From NCBI RefSeq assembly GCF_006345805.1, contig NC_042998.1:38998001-39062000 (forward strand): a DNA stretch of 64,000 bases, written 5' to 3'. The DNA comes from Octopus sinensis. Taxonomy: Eukaryota. Below are positions 40,546-52,857 of the stretch, in pieces. Under the pieces are notes generated by a model. That model made no database searches, had not been told where the DNA came from, and saw only the letters and a list, made by a program, of their open reading frames with translations. Each line of letters begins with the position of its first letter. Within the stretch, counting starts at the first letter, position 1. The translations under genes and the position numbers were made by a program.

Positions 40546-41339
40546 TAGGTAGCATATACACACACACACATATATGTATCAGCTTATTTATACTTATATG
40601 TATGTATGGATATGATGTGTGTGTGTATATATGTATATATATACATACACACACACACACACATAAATATATATATATATATATGATTCAACTGTTTACA
40701 TCTAGCCATGTCGTTATTCCAGTGTGGTATGTAATATGTTATTTCTCTCCTGGGTTATTATTAATGCCAAAACGAACCTCAATAAACAAAGCCATCAATA
40801 TTTTGTCTTTCAAGTTCGGTGAATTCCAAATGAGAACTCGTTTATTTCACTCTACCCTCTTGTGTCGTGTAATGTTTCCGTTTTAATTAAAATGAAATAA
40901 ATATATTGTATAACCAATAAGTTTCTGTTCGGAATAGATTCTTATTAGAAATAATCAACTGTCGATGCCGAACGTTACTTCCTCTGCACTGGAAGGTACC
41001 CTGCTCTTTATAATGAGACACACATAATACAGACTTCACCCATGACTTCTGCGTTCTTTTCTTCCTTCTCTCTTTTGTCTCTGCTGATGAATGAGGTCAG
41101 GGAAAGAGATGTCTTTATTTTTAATAGTTGCTCTGCTTTCATATCGATTATGGCACAGTTTGCTTTTGGTTTCAGAAATGGTCAATAAACAAATAGATGA
41201 ACTTTATTTCGAAATACGAAGTTATTGAGATGACCAACTTGTAAAGCACAATGTCTAGGAAACGTGAGATGTTCGAAGAATTCGAAGTTCGCCGTGCAAG
41301 CTGACCTTTTGTTTCAAATTGTTTTCATAAACATAATTT

Positions 41340-41690
41340 ACACTCACCTATCTTATGCAGCATAATGAGACTTACAGAAGAAATTGTGGGATGACGTCAG
41401 CAGCTGGGAGGCTAACCGGAAGAGGATGGGGCAGGAGTGACGCGCACGCAAGCAGGGGAGCATTGGGCCTTTTTCGATCGGGGTAACCGACAGAGTTGGA
41501 CGTGTGAGCGCTTTGTCAAGGTAGGGGAAAAGAAGCTGCTATTTCTAGCGTTCGGATCGGGCCACATAGGAGGGTGCATTACGACTGGAGAGGTCTGCGT
41601 CGACGAAGGGAAGGTAGGTGTCCTTATTTCAAGTCTCCTGCATACACCACAGAAATGTTGGTTGTCATGGTAACGGTGAAACATCAACAC
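41340..41690. promoter_or_regulatory. Candidate CpG-rich (bidirectional) promoter
   Basis: TGACGTCA (41392-41399), ACCGGAAG (41415-41422), GTTGTCATGGTAAC (41661-41674), about 18 CpG in 300 bp, outward-facing splice donors at 41347 (-) and 41614 (+). Confidence 0.5.
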
Positions 41691-41699
41691 TAACACAAT

Positions 41700-42180
41700 G
41701 ACTCACTAAGAGTTACTTCCCTGAGCGTTAACATGCAAAAATATTGCCTTCAAACAGAATGGCGGTCGTTTTTGTTCCTCCTTGACCAAATCCAGCAGAA
41801 CACCTCTCTGCTTTCTCTGATATTACCGTTAGGGCTTTGTTCCTGTTCTTTCCAGAAGCTGAGAGTTGTTCCATTGGGTCGTAAGCAGATTTGTCCACCA
41901 AACGTCTTGATCCGGAGGTTAGCTTCCCTCGGGCTGATGACCAGGCTGTTATATTTTTCAGTCTTGAACAAGTGTGCTTCTTCTATTTTACTTCCAAATG
42001 GCACTATCAAGTTCAATCAATTTCAATTACTTTGATGAACTGGAATGGAATACAGAATACGGCCTGAAGCCACTCTTCTTGTTGATTTCTGGTTGTTTTA
42101 TTGAGCCTGGGAGGTCTGCTGACCACTCGCAGTCATCTATATCACCCAGAAGATGGAGGTTTACTACAGCACATGACTCT
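41700..42180 (-). mobile_element. Possible hAT transposase remnant
   Basis: Across frameshifts, HLFKTEK... is followed by TQWNNSQLLER, resembling the hAT TRWNS..MLER motif. Confidence 0.4.
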
Positions 42181-42374
42181 CGACTTACCGACAAAACAAC
42201 AAATCCGACAATGCGGCTTTTTCAGTTGCTTGAACTAAATATCAGAGATGGACGGGTTAAACTGCCTAAATCAACTTGCTATAAAAGCAGGCAGTAACTG
42301 TACCTTGTACTTATTCTTAACGCAAGTTTTGAAGATTGGAGTTCGATTTTAACAGGAATTTTTTTAAAGCTAAA

Positions 42375-43258
42375 ATGAAGGTGACAAAGGAGCATATTCG
42401 GCATATATTTTTTTTTATAAGTTCAATAAAGGCAACAACGCAACGGAAAGTGTGAGGAATATTAATGCAGTATATGGGAATCTGACAATAAGCGTAGGCA
42501 GTGACAACGGCGATTCCAGAAATTCCGAGCCAGAAACTACAGCCTAAAAGGTGAGCCTCGTTCTGGAAGATCTGTAGAGTTCGATGAGGATATCCTGCAA
42601 ACCCTGATGGAAGAAACTCCTATCATAACTGTTGAGAAACCAGCAGAGAATCTTGGATTTGGTCATTCAACCATTCATCAACACCTGCGTGCCATCGGAA
42701 AAGTCAGCAAATTGGGTCAATGGGTTCCTCACAACCTTTCCGAGTCTAATCGCACACAGACGGTGAACGTGTGCTCTTCTTTGCAGTCACACCTCACAAA
42801 TGAACCTTTTTGAACCGAATGGTGACTGGTGACAAGAAATGGGTTCTCTATAAAAATGTCAGGCACTGAAGACAATGGGTAGGGAAATGAGAAACACCAG
42901 CACCCCAGGTTAAAGAAGGTTTTCACCCACGTAAGGTGTTGTTATCTGTTTGGTGGGATATGAAAGGTTGAGTCCACTTTGAATTTTAAAACACAAACCA
43001 AACAATAACAAAGGAGATGGATCTACTATGAGCAGCTTGAGTGGCTTAAGTCAGTGTTAGAAGAAAAACTACCATCTTCGGTTTCAAGACGAAAAGTGTT
43101 CTTCCAGCAGGATAATGCTCAGCCACATACAGTGAGGATGACATTCCAAAGGCTGGAGCAGTTTGCATAGGAAACAATTCCCCACCCACCATATTCACTG
43201 GACATTGCTCCATCTGATTATCATTTATTCCGCAGGCTTCGAAATTATCTGGACGGTT
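42375..43258 (+). mobile_element. Mariner transposase pseudogene, 3'-truncated
   Basis: MKVTKEHIRHIFFYKFNKG..., WVPHNLSE, VTGDKKW, QQDNAQPH, PPYSLDIAPSDYHLF. Confidence 0.9.
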
Positions 43259-43289
43259 TCTCTTAAGATGTAACAAATTAAGACCCGAA

Positions 43290-43545
43290 ACACGATCCCA
43301 GTACTTGTTGTCTTTGAGCCTGGTGCTTATTCTGTCGGTCTGTTTTGCCGAAGCGTTTAATTACGGGGGGGTAAACACACCAACACTGGTTGTCAAGCGG
43401 TAGTAGGGGACACACAGACAAGGCTCACAAGGCTTTGGCCGGCACAAAGCTATAGGGAGCAACTTGCCCAAGGTGCTAGGCAGTGGGACTGAACCCGTAA
43501 CTATGTGGTTGGGAAGCAAGCTTCTTACCACACAGCCACGCCTGT
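43290..43545 (-). mobile_element. SINE family A, internally deleted
   Basis: Head and CORE present (cttgcccaaggtgc...cttcttaccacacagccacgcc). Confidence 0.8.
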
Positions 43546-43804
43546 ACCTATATAGACATATATTCAAGAAAAAATTAAGTAAAAGAGTATTAAAAACAAA
43601 GATTTTGACAGTTTTTATTTCAATAAACATTATAATACAACAAACCACTGACGAAACATTTTGCCAATCGACGTCTGGGTAGAGTAACGTAGCTTAGAGG
43701 AAGGTTGATGAGTTGATCCGCCGTGGGTGACACTTATGAGTGTGACACTTTTGGGTCTGTTATACAAACCTGTATAGGGGGTGGTGAGAGATGGTAGCAG
43801 TAAC

Positions 43805-43950
43805 TTTACATTCTATGTTCAAATTCCACCGAGGTTGACTTTGCCTTTCATCTTTTCGGGTCGATAAAATAAGAACTAGATGAGTAATGTAATCGATTTA
43901 ATCCCCCTACCCGAAATTGCTGGCCTTGTGCCAAAATTTGAAACCAATTT
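43805..43950 (+). mobile_element. SINE family B fragment with ggccttgtgccaaaatttgaaaccaat tail
   Basis: Family B core followed by an alternative tail. Confidence 0.75.
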
Positions 43951-44174
43951 TTAACAGATTATAACTATAAGCACTGACAATGATGAGGTGCGGAGGATAA
44001 GCAACTGATAGGTTTCTGTAAAGTACCACGCCATTTGTAAATGAAGGAATTCAGTGCATGAAATATATTTTGTTTCATTCTGCCTCCCTTCATTGTACAA
44101 AGACAACACGAAGCCTATTTTAACAAGAATTATAATCATAGCAATAGTCATTAACGTGTCGTTGGTTCCACTAA

Positions 44175-44580
44175 GGCGGAGAGCTGGCAGAAACGTTAGC
44201 ACGCCGTGCGAAATGCTTAGTGGTATTTCGTCTGTCGCTACGTTCTGGATTCAAATTCCGCCGAAGTCGACTTTGCCCTTCGTCCTTTCGGGGTCGATTA
44301 AATAAGTACCAGTTACACACTGGGGTCGATATAATCAACTTAATCCGTTTGTCTGTCCTTGTTTGTCCTCTCTGTGTTTAGCCCCTTGTGGGTAGTAAAG
44401 AAATAAGTATTTCGTCTGTCTTTACGTTCTGAATTCAAATTCCGCCGAGGTCGACTTTACCTTTCATCCTTTCCAGGTCAATAAATTAAGTACCAGTTGC
44501 GTACTGGGGGTCGACCTAATCGACTGACACCCTTCCCCAAAATTTCAGGCTCGTGCCTTGAGCAGAAAAGATTATTTCTA
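44175..44580 (+). mobile_element. Two head-to-tail SINE family B copies with different tails
   Basis: Full copy 44175-44407 immediately followed by a 5'-truncated copy ending ccttccccaaaatttcaggctcgtgcc...agaaaagattatt. Confidence 0.85.
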
Positions 44581-45570
44581 CTGACTTCAAACTAAAATCA
44601 AATTATGATCTTCATGCATTTCCTTATGTCGATAGTGATTTACATGAATAGAAATGGCAATAAACGGATATCGAAACTGGATCACAGCTTTTCTGATTCG
44701 CACTCATTTATCTAGCTTTATACATGTCATACACCGCAGGTTATAGAGCTTCCATATTTAAACATCACCAATAAATACATCTTTTATACGTTGGCTCAAT
44801 ATATTAAAGTGAAAGTTTTCATATCCCTGTCGTGAGTTGAAGTAACAAAGGAATCAACACAAGTAAGCTGAATATAAATTAAAAATCAATAAAAAATCTT
44901 TATGTCAAAAGATGCAAAAATTCTTGCAGGTCTCACAGATATTTGAATCTTTTAATAAATATAAAAGAGTAAAATAATAGTCCAAAATATTCAATAATGA
45001 ATGGACATTTTTATTGAAATCTTTACTTTAAACGAAAATGTAAAAACAGTAAAGAAATATTTTTTTACTTTTCTTTTTTACACATTAATTCAATAAGATT
45101 TTATCAGTTGAGAAGGAAGGGAATATTTAACAATCTATCGACGGAATATTTTTACGTTTACCGTTCAGATTTCGACTGCTTTAATTTTTGTCATAATCAT
45201 TTGAATCTCTTTCTTAATCTTATTTTTCTCTTGTTATTCTAATGAATCTGCTAGATTCTTTCAAATGCCAAGCTTTCTTTATTCGAATTTGATTTCGCTA
45301 TATTTTTACATCCCTTTTCGTTTATCATAAAATATATTTTAAAATATTTGATATGCCAATGATTATAAATTATAAAAAAATATACACATAATATACATAT
45401 ATAAAGCTGTTTGTGCGTGCATCTGTGTGTGTATGTGTGTGTGTGTGTAGTATGCGTACGTATGAGTATGTGAAGAAATTATTGAGTTCGTAGTATTCCT
45501 GTAGACTGATTAACATAACTGATATGAATACTCACATTTCCTGGCTTAAATATAATATACTCCTGTATGC

Positions 45571-45613
<43 letters not shown>

Positions 45614-48364
45614 TATTGGATGACGTGTATGTATTTCAGAATTACTATTCCATCGTAACATTTGATAAAATATTACATATTTATCAACAGATACGCATTA
45701 GAACTACATAAAACTATCTCCAGAGAATCTTACACAAAATGGCACCAACCATATTGATTCTAACATCCAAAAATATTACACCTATCAATGCAATAACGCA
45801 CGGCGAATGCACTTACAGTGTCAGTCTGCAAACACCAGACTATTCAATCAAAATGGCATAAAGTAAACACTTGTCACCCCCTGTTCTAGATTCGGACATT
45901 TTGAAGATAAGGTTATGCAACAATGCATCAGTAACATTAAAACATGGTTTCTGTTGGGTCTTGGAAAAGTTGTTACGCAAAAATAATAAACACATACACT
46001 GGTGCATTATCACTTCTTTATTGTTAGTCAATCGGTTAAATATCTAATCAACTAAATAATCAATCGTTTATTTAATGAGGTTCGCTAAACAATCAAATGG
46101 TTTTTGTTTGCCAAAGTCCTTTCGTTGCCGTTTGTGATGTCATCCATGACATGCCTCCTTAGTTCGTTTGATATTTAACCAATCGCCAAGCAACAAAGAA
46201 GTGCTATTGAGCCAATGCGTGTTTATTATTATATTATTATTATTATTATTATTATTGCAATGACCCTGCCAAGGCACAACAAAATATGTTTCAACACACA
46301 AATTCACATCAAGGATCTTACAAACCAAATATAGAAAATGAAGTTAAATACGGTTTCCTAGACATTAAACATACAGACCGAATTTTTGTACTGGAACTCA
46401 TCTCCAACATTTTTAACAGACTCATCGCCTTCTCAGGTGTTTCTGTCTGTGTTGACACCAACGCCTCTCCCCATTTGTCTCCTATAAACCTGTGGATTCT
46501 CACTCTTACCATGGCATTTCTTCCTCACCACCCCCTATATCATATCTTTTATCCCCTCCCCACAATTCTTCCTATTAAGCACGATCTCCGAGAAATACTC
46601 CTATCAAATCGGAAGACCCCACAGTAATATCGAGATTATCAGATCTGGATTTTCTGGTCCAATAATGAGATTAAGATCAATGTATTAATTTCTAATTGCT
46701 AAAATTATGTCTATATCTCTGTTAAACATGAAAAATTTCTATTGAAAGTGAACGCTTTTATTCAAGAGTACAGCAGTTATGAATGAATACTAACAATTAA
46801 TGTCAGAGTATAAAAGACTTATTTTACTGCTTATTTTGCAACTTAGTAAATCCTTGTATCTCTCAACTCGAATCATCCCAGAGACAGATTTATTCAAATT
46901 TTCACTTTCGGTTCTAATTTTATCCAGAATCTTCTAATTCAACTTAGAGAGACTGATAAGGTTAACAGAATACTAAAAAGGAAAAGAAGAAAAAAAAGAA
47001 TCGTGATTATGATCATTAAATTTAAAAGGAAGGGCCGGCTTCGCCCTATCTTTTATAGGGATTTCAGTAACAAATATATAACGCTTAAGTAGACAGGATC
47101 GAAATCCAGGTTGTATCCTCTTGAAGCACATCTGCTTCTTCCAGTATTCCAATTCCCTATGTTGATGTCATATTTATGTGAAAGGTATAAGAGTTGAACA
47201 TTCAGGAAATATTAGTTGCAGAGTAATTATCAAAAGCGGAGATTGGAGGAAAAACGTTGATGTTATTTCTTCACCGCGTCACGTGTTTATATTGTTTTGA
47301 ACATTTTAATAGGGTTTTTTTTGTTTTAATTCCTATTTACTTCCATCGTGATGAGTTCATTCTGTGTTTGCTAGATAAGCGCGCATGAATTGGCTGTTTT
47401 ATCTGAAAGGATTTGTCGAAGAGCTGAGGAAATTGTTTGAGAAAGATCCTTTTGAAAGTATTTTCTTACACTTTAAAATTTAATGTTCGTCACCAAATCA
47501 AGTATTTCTGAAAGCTCTGCAAATAATGGATTGTGAGGTAGATTTTAACACGTCCTCAGGTCGTATAAATTCCTGTTCTTCTTATTGTTGCTCCTATTAT
47601 CAAAGTAAAATACATGCCATCACTTTCTTCTGATCAAGACATTTGTTTTATGAAACCACTTTTCCGGATATATATCTTTTCTAGATTAGATTTTTTTCAG
47701 GAAAACAAAAATAAAAACCACGTGTACTATTTTCCCATGCTGATGTGGTTTATATTTTACTGAGCTCGTCCAATGAAGGAGCAAACAATTCGTTTCGTTA
47801 AGTTGGATAATTATGTATCGGAAAAAATATATATCAAGAGAATTCCAGAGTTCAATTCTATAATTTATTGTTGGACTCGATTATTAAATCAACGCAGTGG
47901 GGTCGATATTAATATTGCTTTTCAATCGTTACTATTTCTTCGAGGTCTTTTTAGCCACATTTCCCTTACTGTGCGCTTGACTATTTCTATATTTGTACTC
48001 ATTTACGATGTTATATTTAAATCAGCAACGGTGATTTAAATATAACGTATTTCAGAAGATTTAAGATGAAACCATTTTCTGCGTACAGTCTAGTTTCATA
48101 TCTACAATTAATAATTATTCAGTTACTATTATTTATGTAGGAAACGGGAATGAAGAGGATGCCGTCAACCATCATGTTGACTGATGTAAAGCAATCCCAC
48201 TGACTGTTGAAACGATTGTAGCTGATTAAAACATGCAATGCCGTCATCGTCATTCCTTAGTCATCCACAAACACACCAAACACAAGCGAACTAATAAACG
48301 CAGGCCAGACTCATCCCCACCATCAGTCTCACTATTATTGTTATTATCAACCACAACCACCACT

Positions 48365-49137
48365 TTTATATACCAGCGTCCACAGGGTGTTACAATCCCG
48401 GAACCTAAATCAGTGAGGGACCTGGGTATCGACATGAGTGATGATACCACTTACCAAGTGCACATTACAAGGATGGCGACAAAGTGCAGACGACTGGCTG
48501 GATGGATCCTAAGAACATTCAGAACCAGAGATAAGGAAACCATGACGGTCCTCTGGTGGACATTCGTCCTCAGCCGCCCGGATTACTGCTCACAGCTATG
48601 GTCACCCACCAGTGTGGAATTAACAGCGGACCCTGAAGCAATCCAGAGAAGATTCACAAAGAAGATCGTCTCTTTGCAACAGCTCAGCTACTGGGAAAGG
48701 TTGAAACAGCTAAGATTCTACTCCCTGGAGAGAAGACGGGAGAGGTATGCAGTAATATATATCTGGAAGATCCTGGAAGGAATTGTGCCAAATTTTGGCA
48801 TTGAAAGCTACGCCAATGCCAGAACGGGACGACACTGCATAGTGTCAAAGATCCCAGTAATGCCATCATACTTCAGGACCAGTTACTGCAACAGCCTGCG
48901 TTTCAAGGGCCCACAGCTTTTTAATATTCTCCCAAAGGAACTTGCACAAAGTAGATGTAGGGGTTTTTTAAAGTGTGGACTTCTTCCTGTCAAGAGTCCC
49001 AGATGAACCTACCTCACAGCAAGAGGTGCAAATGAGGGTAGCTACATATTGGAGGAGGCTCTCAGTAATAACAGTGTAGCAAAACGGTGGTGCATAAGCA
49101 TGGCCACAGCTCTGAGCTGAAACTACAATAAAAGATA
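48365..49137 (+). mobile_element. CR1 LINE 3' end (post-RT domain plus 3' UTR)
   Basis: VRDLGIDMSDD...GWILRTF...DYCSQLWSP...IQRRFTK...SYWERLK...SLERRRER...KGPQLFNILP. Confidence 0.9.
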
Positions 49138-49142
49138 TATAT

Positions 49143-49559
49143 AAGATTTTGTATACGATGAAAAATTTCAGATATTTGTTTTAAACATTCATGTGTGTGT
49201 TATATGGTGTTGCTTCAGTAATTATCAACCACCTTAAATTATACTCAATGTTAGTCTCTTTCAGGTGGTTAATGTATGATGCTAATGTCGTGGAGTTTTT
49301 ATATTGAGGTTTAATAGAAAACGTAGTGCGAAGTTAGTACAGTTAGTACTATGGGACATAGGAAAATTTATATAGGGAGTACTATTGGTTTTTAAAATAG
49401 ATATAGGGGATGCAAAAATTCATTTATTAACTCCAATATAAAAAAACTCCCCGACTTTAGCATCAAACATTAACCACCTGAAAGAGCCTAAGATTGAGTA
49501 TAATTTAAGGAGGTCGATGATTACTGAATCAACAACATATAACACGCATACAAAATCTT
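49143..49559. mobile_element. MITE/fold-back element with ~125-bp inverted arms
   Basis: 49192-49317 is the reverse complement of about 49425-49550 with scattered mismatches; outermost aagattttgtat / atacaaaatctt; TA dinucleotides at both ends. Confidence 0.8.
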
Positions 49560-50322
49560 GTAGGCTTGTAGGAATCGAGTAGCATACTATTTGCTAGTAA
49601 TAGAAATAGAAACGTATTATTAAATAAAATTACAGATGTCTTAGTATGTTGTAAGCAGAAATATTTAGCAACTTTAAATTTTTTTTAAATATGACCTGGA
49701 TTAGATCCAATGAATACTTATATACAAATCTTTTATCTTAAATTACCGCTCTCTTGCGGATAAAAAAATATATCAATATAAAATGGAATATTCCAATAGG
49801 CAATTATTTCCATGATTAACTAAAAGCTCTCTCGTCAACCCTTTTAATTTCTTAGTTAATCTTTGTATAGAAATGATTATATTTTGGTCTGTCCAAGCTG
49901 GAAAGGAGTTAGAGAAGCAAGAGGGGGCAAAGATGGAAGAAAAGAAAAAGGAAGAACTGTGGACAGTGGCCGAGGGAAGAAGGGACACTGTGAAATGGAA
50001 GCCCAAACCATACCCACCCCACAGACACCGAACCCACCCAGTTCCTTCCTACACAATCCAAAAAGAATAAAGAAAGGTAAACACAACAAAACATTCCAAA
50101 TTCCCCTCCCCGTGAATCTAGTTAGGGATGTTTATTGACAGAGCAAGGAACTTATTTGTGAGGTAACAGAATGGAAAAACGGCAAAATTTGTGAACGTTG
50201 ATGGACAAACAAATATAGTAGAGTGGCACACTTCTGTGCCACTTTCAGAGAAACAAATGGAAGAAGTAAAGAAATATAAAAAGGATACAAATATTGGAAA
50301 ATTGATGTTGACTTAGAAAAAG

Positions 50323-50616
50323 ATTTTTATTTATGCGCCCTTTTCAAGCCTAGCCAGGCTCATGGACCCGGTTTCCCGGTTTCTGTGGCGTATGTGCTTC
50401 CCCCAGCTGGACGGGATGCCAGTCCATCGCAGCGTTACTCAAGAAACAGGAAGAAAGAGTGAGAGAAAGATGGGGCGAAAGAGTACAACGGGGGTCGCCA
50501 CCACCCTCTGCCGGAGCCCCATGGAGCTTTAGGTTTTTCGCTCAATAAACACATACAACGCCCGGTCTGGGAATCGAAACCGCGATCCTCCGACCACTGG
50601 GCCATTGCGCCTCCAC
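50323..50616 (-). mobile_element. SINE with family C head and V-domain-like body
   Basis: Head and first half match 17355-17653, then ctgcgatggactggcatcccgtccag (V-SINE-like motif) and an A-rich tail. Confidence 0.8.
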
Positions 50617-51109
50617 ACTTAAAAAAGATAACGGACAAGATTGATTATAAGGAATTGTTAGAAAAACATGGTTCGGATGTGTTAAAAGGACTGCCAAGAT
50701 AAAAGGAAATGATGCTGGGGCAAGCAGCACATTTCCATTTTTTCATTTTCGTTATTCTTTCATATTATGATATTTTAAATTTTATTTGAATTTAATTTTT
50801 ATTTTGGCAAATTAAATTTAAATGTTGAAGTGAATGAAACGGATTTTGTGTGTTTTTAAATGGCTTATAAACACCTTTCATGCTGCAATTGTTTTTGTTT
50901 CAGAACACGATCTCAGAACAGGTCACTCACTATGCAAGTACATCTCCGTAATATATTTATATATATATATAACTTAGATTGAAATATCTATAAAGACCAG
51001 ACACCCCAAAAAATAAGCAGTCCTAATCAACTCCTTGAATAGTTAGCAAAAAAAACTGACAAATCAATCAATTAATAAAGGATTGGAATTCTATGCTATT
51101 AGAAGAAAC

Positions 51110-51262
51110 ACCAGCTAACAGAATCGTTAGCACGCCAGATAAAATGCTTAGCGGCGTTTCGTCCGTCCTTACGATCTGAGTTCAAATTTCACCGAGGTCG
51201 ACTTTGCCTTCCATTCTTTCAGGGTCGATAAAATAAGTATCAGTTGAACACTGGGATCGATA
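51110..51262 (+). mobile_element. SINE family B, degenerate 5' part
   Basis: cagaatcgttagcacgcc...gagttcaaatttcaccgaggtcgactttgcc. Confidence 0.75.
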
Positions 51263-51471
51263 AACCCCGTCAAATACCGGATTTTATGTCTATAGTAGAA
51301 ACGATGTACAGGCATGGATGTGTGGATAGAGAGAGAGAGAAGATGATCGCTATAACTTGCAGTTTTTAATATGCTGCTCTCATTCGAAAAATTGGATAAG
51401 GTTATTGAATTCATATACGAAACGACTGGTTTACGAAAAGCAAAGCAGAACCTTCATTAAACTAATTCTAA

Positions 51472-51870
51472 TCTCTATATGTATAAATCTAAAGTTGTCT
51501 GTGTGTGTATGGCAGGTTTGGTAGCCTTCAACTAACACTATCTCCTCAGAGACCCTGCGGCGCAAGTTGACCAAAATTGAGAGTATGATAGAAGAAGGCT
51601 TGCTCTTCCACCTTCCGTAGAAGAAAAAATTCAAATCGGACCATGTTAACACCAAAAATTATTTACATCAAAAAGGTGCTTTATTTCTATGAAAATCCTT
51701 ATTTTTCACGATTTTTTTGACTGCTGATCGCCATTTTTCGGTGTATTTCAACCAGAAAATCGTTCACTTAAAGACAATAACAAGCTACATAATGCAAATT
51801 TTTTACTTTTCAAAAATTCTAATTCTAAAGGGTCGAAACAAACCCGAGCAACGCCGGGCGATACTGCTAG
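51472..51870 (+). mobile_element. Non-autonomous Helitron (399 bp)
   Basis: 5' TC, 3' hairpin CCCGAGCAACGCCGGG (51843-51858) and CTAG end (51867-51870), inserted between A and T with no TSD. Confidence 0.85.
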
Positions 51871-52730
51871 TAATTACTACAATAAACTTAGATTATTTAA
51901 TGCCAGTTTCTAAACTGCAAGCAACGCAACTTGTTATAATAAAATTCCCTCACTCTCTATTAAGCAGGCCCAACTATACGTTTAGTTACATTTATGTTTT
52001 TGCTAGCAACGAAGAAAATGTCCTCGGAGGTGATTTTCTGAATGAAAAATATTATTTGCATCAAGTAGAACGTTGCATGAGTTCTAACTTGATGTTTTGA
52101 TTTGTTTTTAATGATTATAAAAACAGATGGTATTATTCTTGCTATTTAAAATCATTTACCGGCGCTGACAAACCATACGGGATGTCTCCCCTGAATGAAT
52201 GAATATACACCAGAGGGGAATATTTACTTTCGGTTAACAAAATAGAAACGAAGTAACTAGTATTCATTCATACGTCTCTGAAATGATATTTATTGAATCA
52301 CGTCTGATGTCTACATCTCAGCTCAAACGAACAGCTCCACTTCTATTCATAGCCGACGCACTGACGTTAAAAGCAAAAGTCCACAATTAAATGCACGTAT
52401 CTTCTCTGTTATTTCTGTCTACGTATTATGTTTAATGTGTTCGTTTGATTCTAGTATTCAATTTATACGGAAAGTAACCATCGTCCTTTTGTCTATAATT
52501 TCTATAAATGTATCAGCTGGCGAACAGTTTTGATTAAGTTATTATAGTAACAGGAAGCTATTTATTTGAAATATTCGTTTATTTTGTATCTCAAATTCTT
52601 ATTTTTAAAAAGATGAAATTTGAATTAATTTCGAAATTAATTTCCTCAGATTTATTTCTATCTTTTCTTTTTTTTCTCACTCACACTCACATATATATAT
52701 AGATATATATATGTGTGTGTGTGTATATAT

Positions 52731-52776
<46 letters not shown>

Positions 52777-52857
52777 TAGATAGATACACATACATACACA
52801 CACGTATCATATATATATATATACACACACACACCACACACACACATGTATCGCATA

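Noticed and set aside
50222-50243. Perfect 9-bp hairpin AGTGGCACA-CTTC-TGTGCCACT
   Set aside because: No CTAG end or element context; a short hairpin like this is plausible by chance in 64 kb.
52198-52271. Imperfect inverted repeat as a possible pre-miRNA
   Set aside because: A large asymmetric bulge and AT-rich low-complexity arms.
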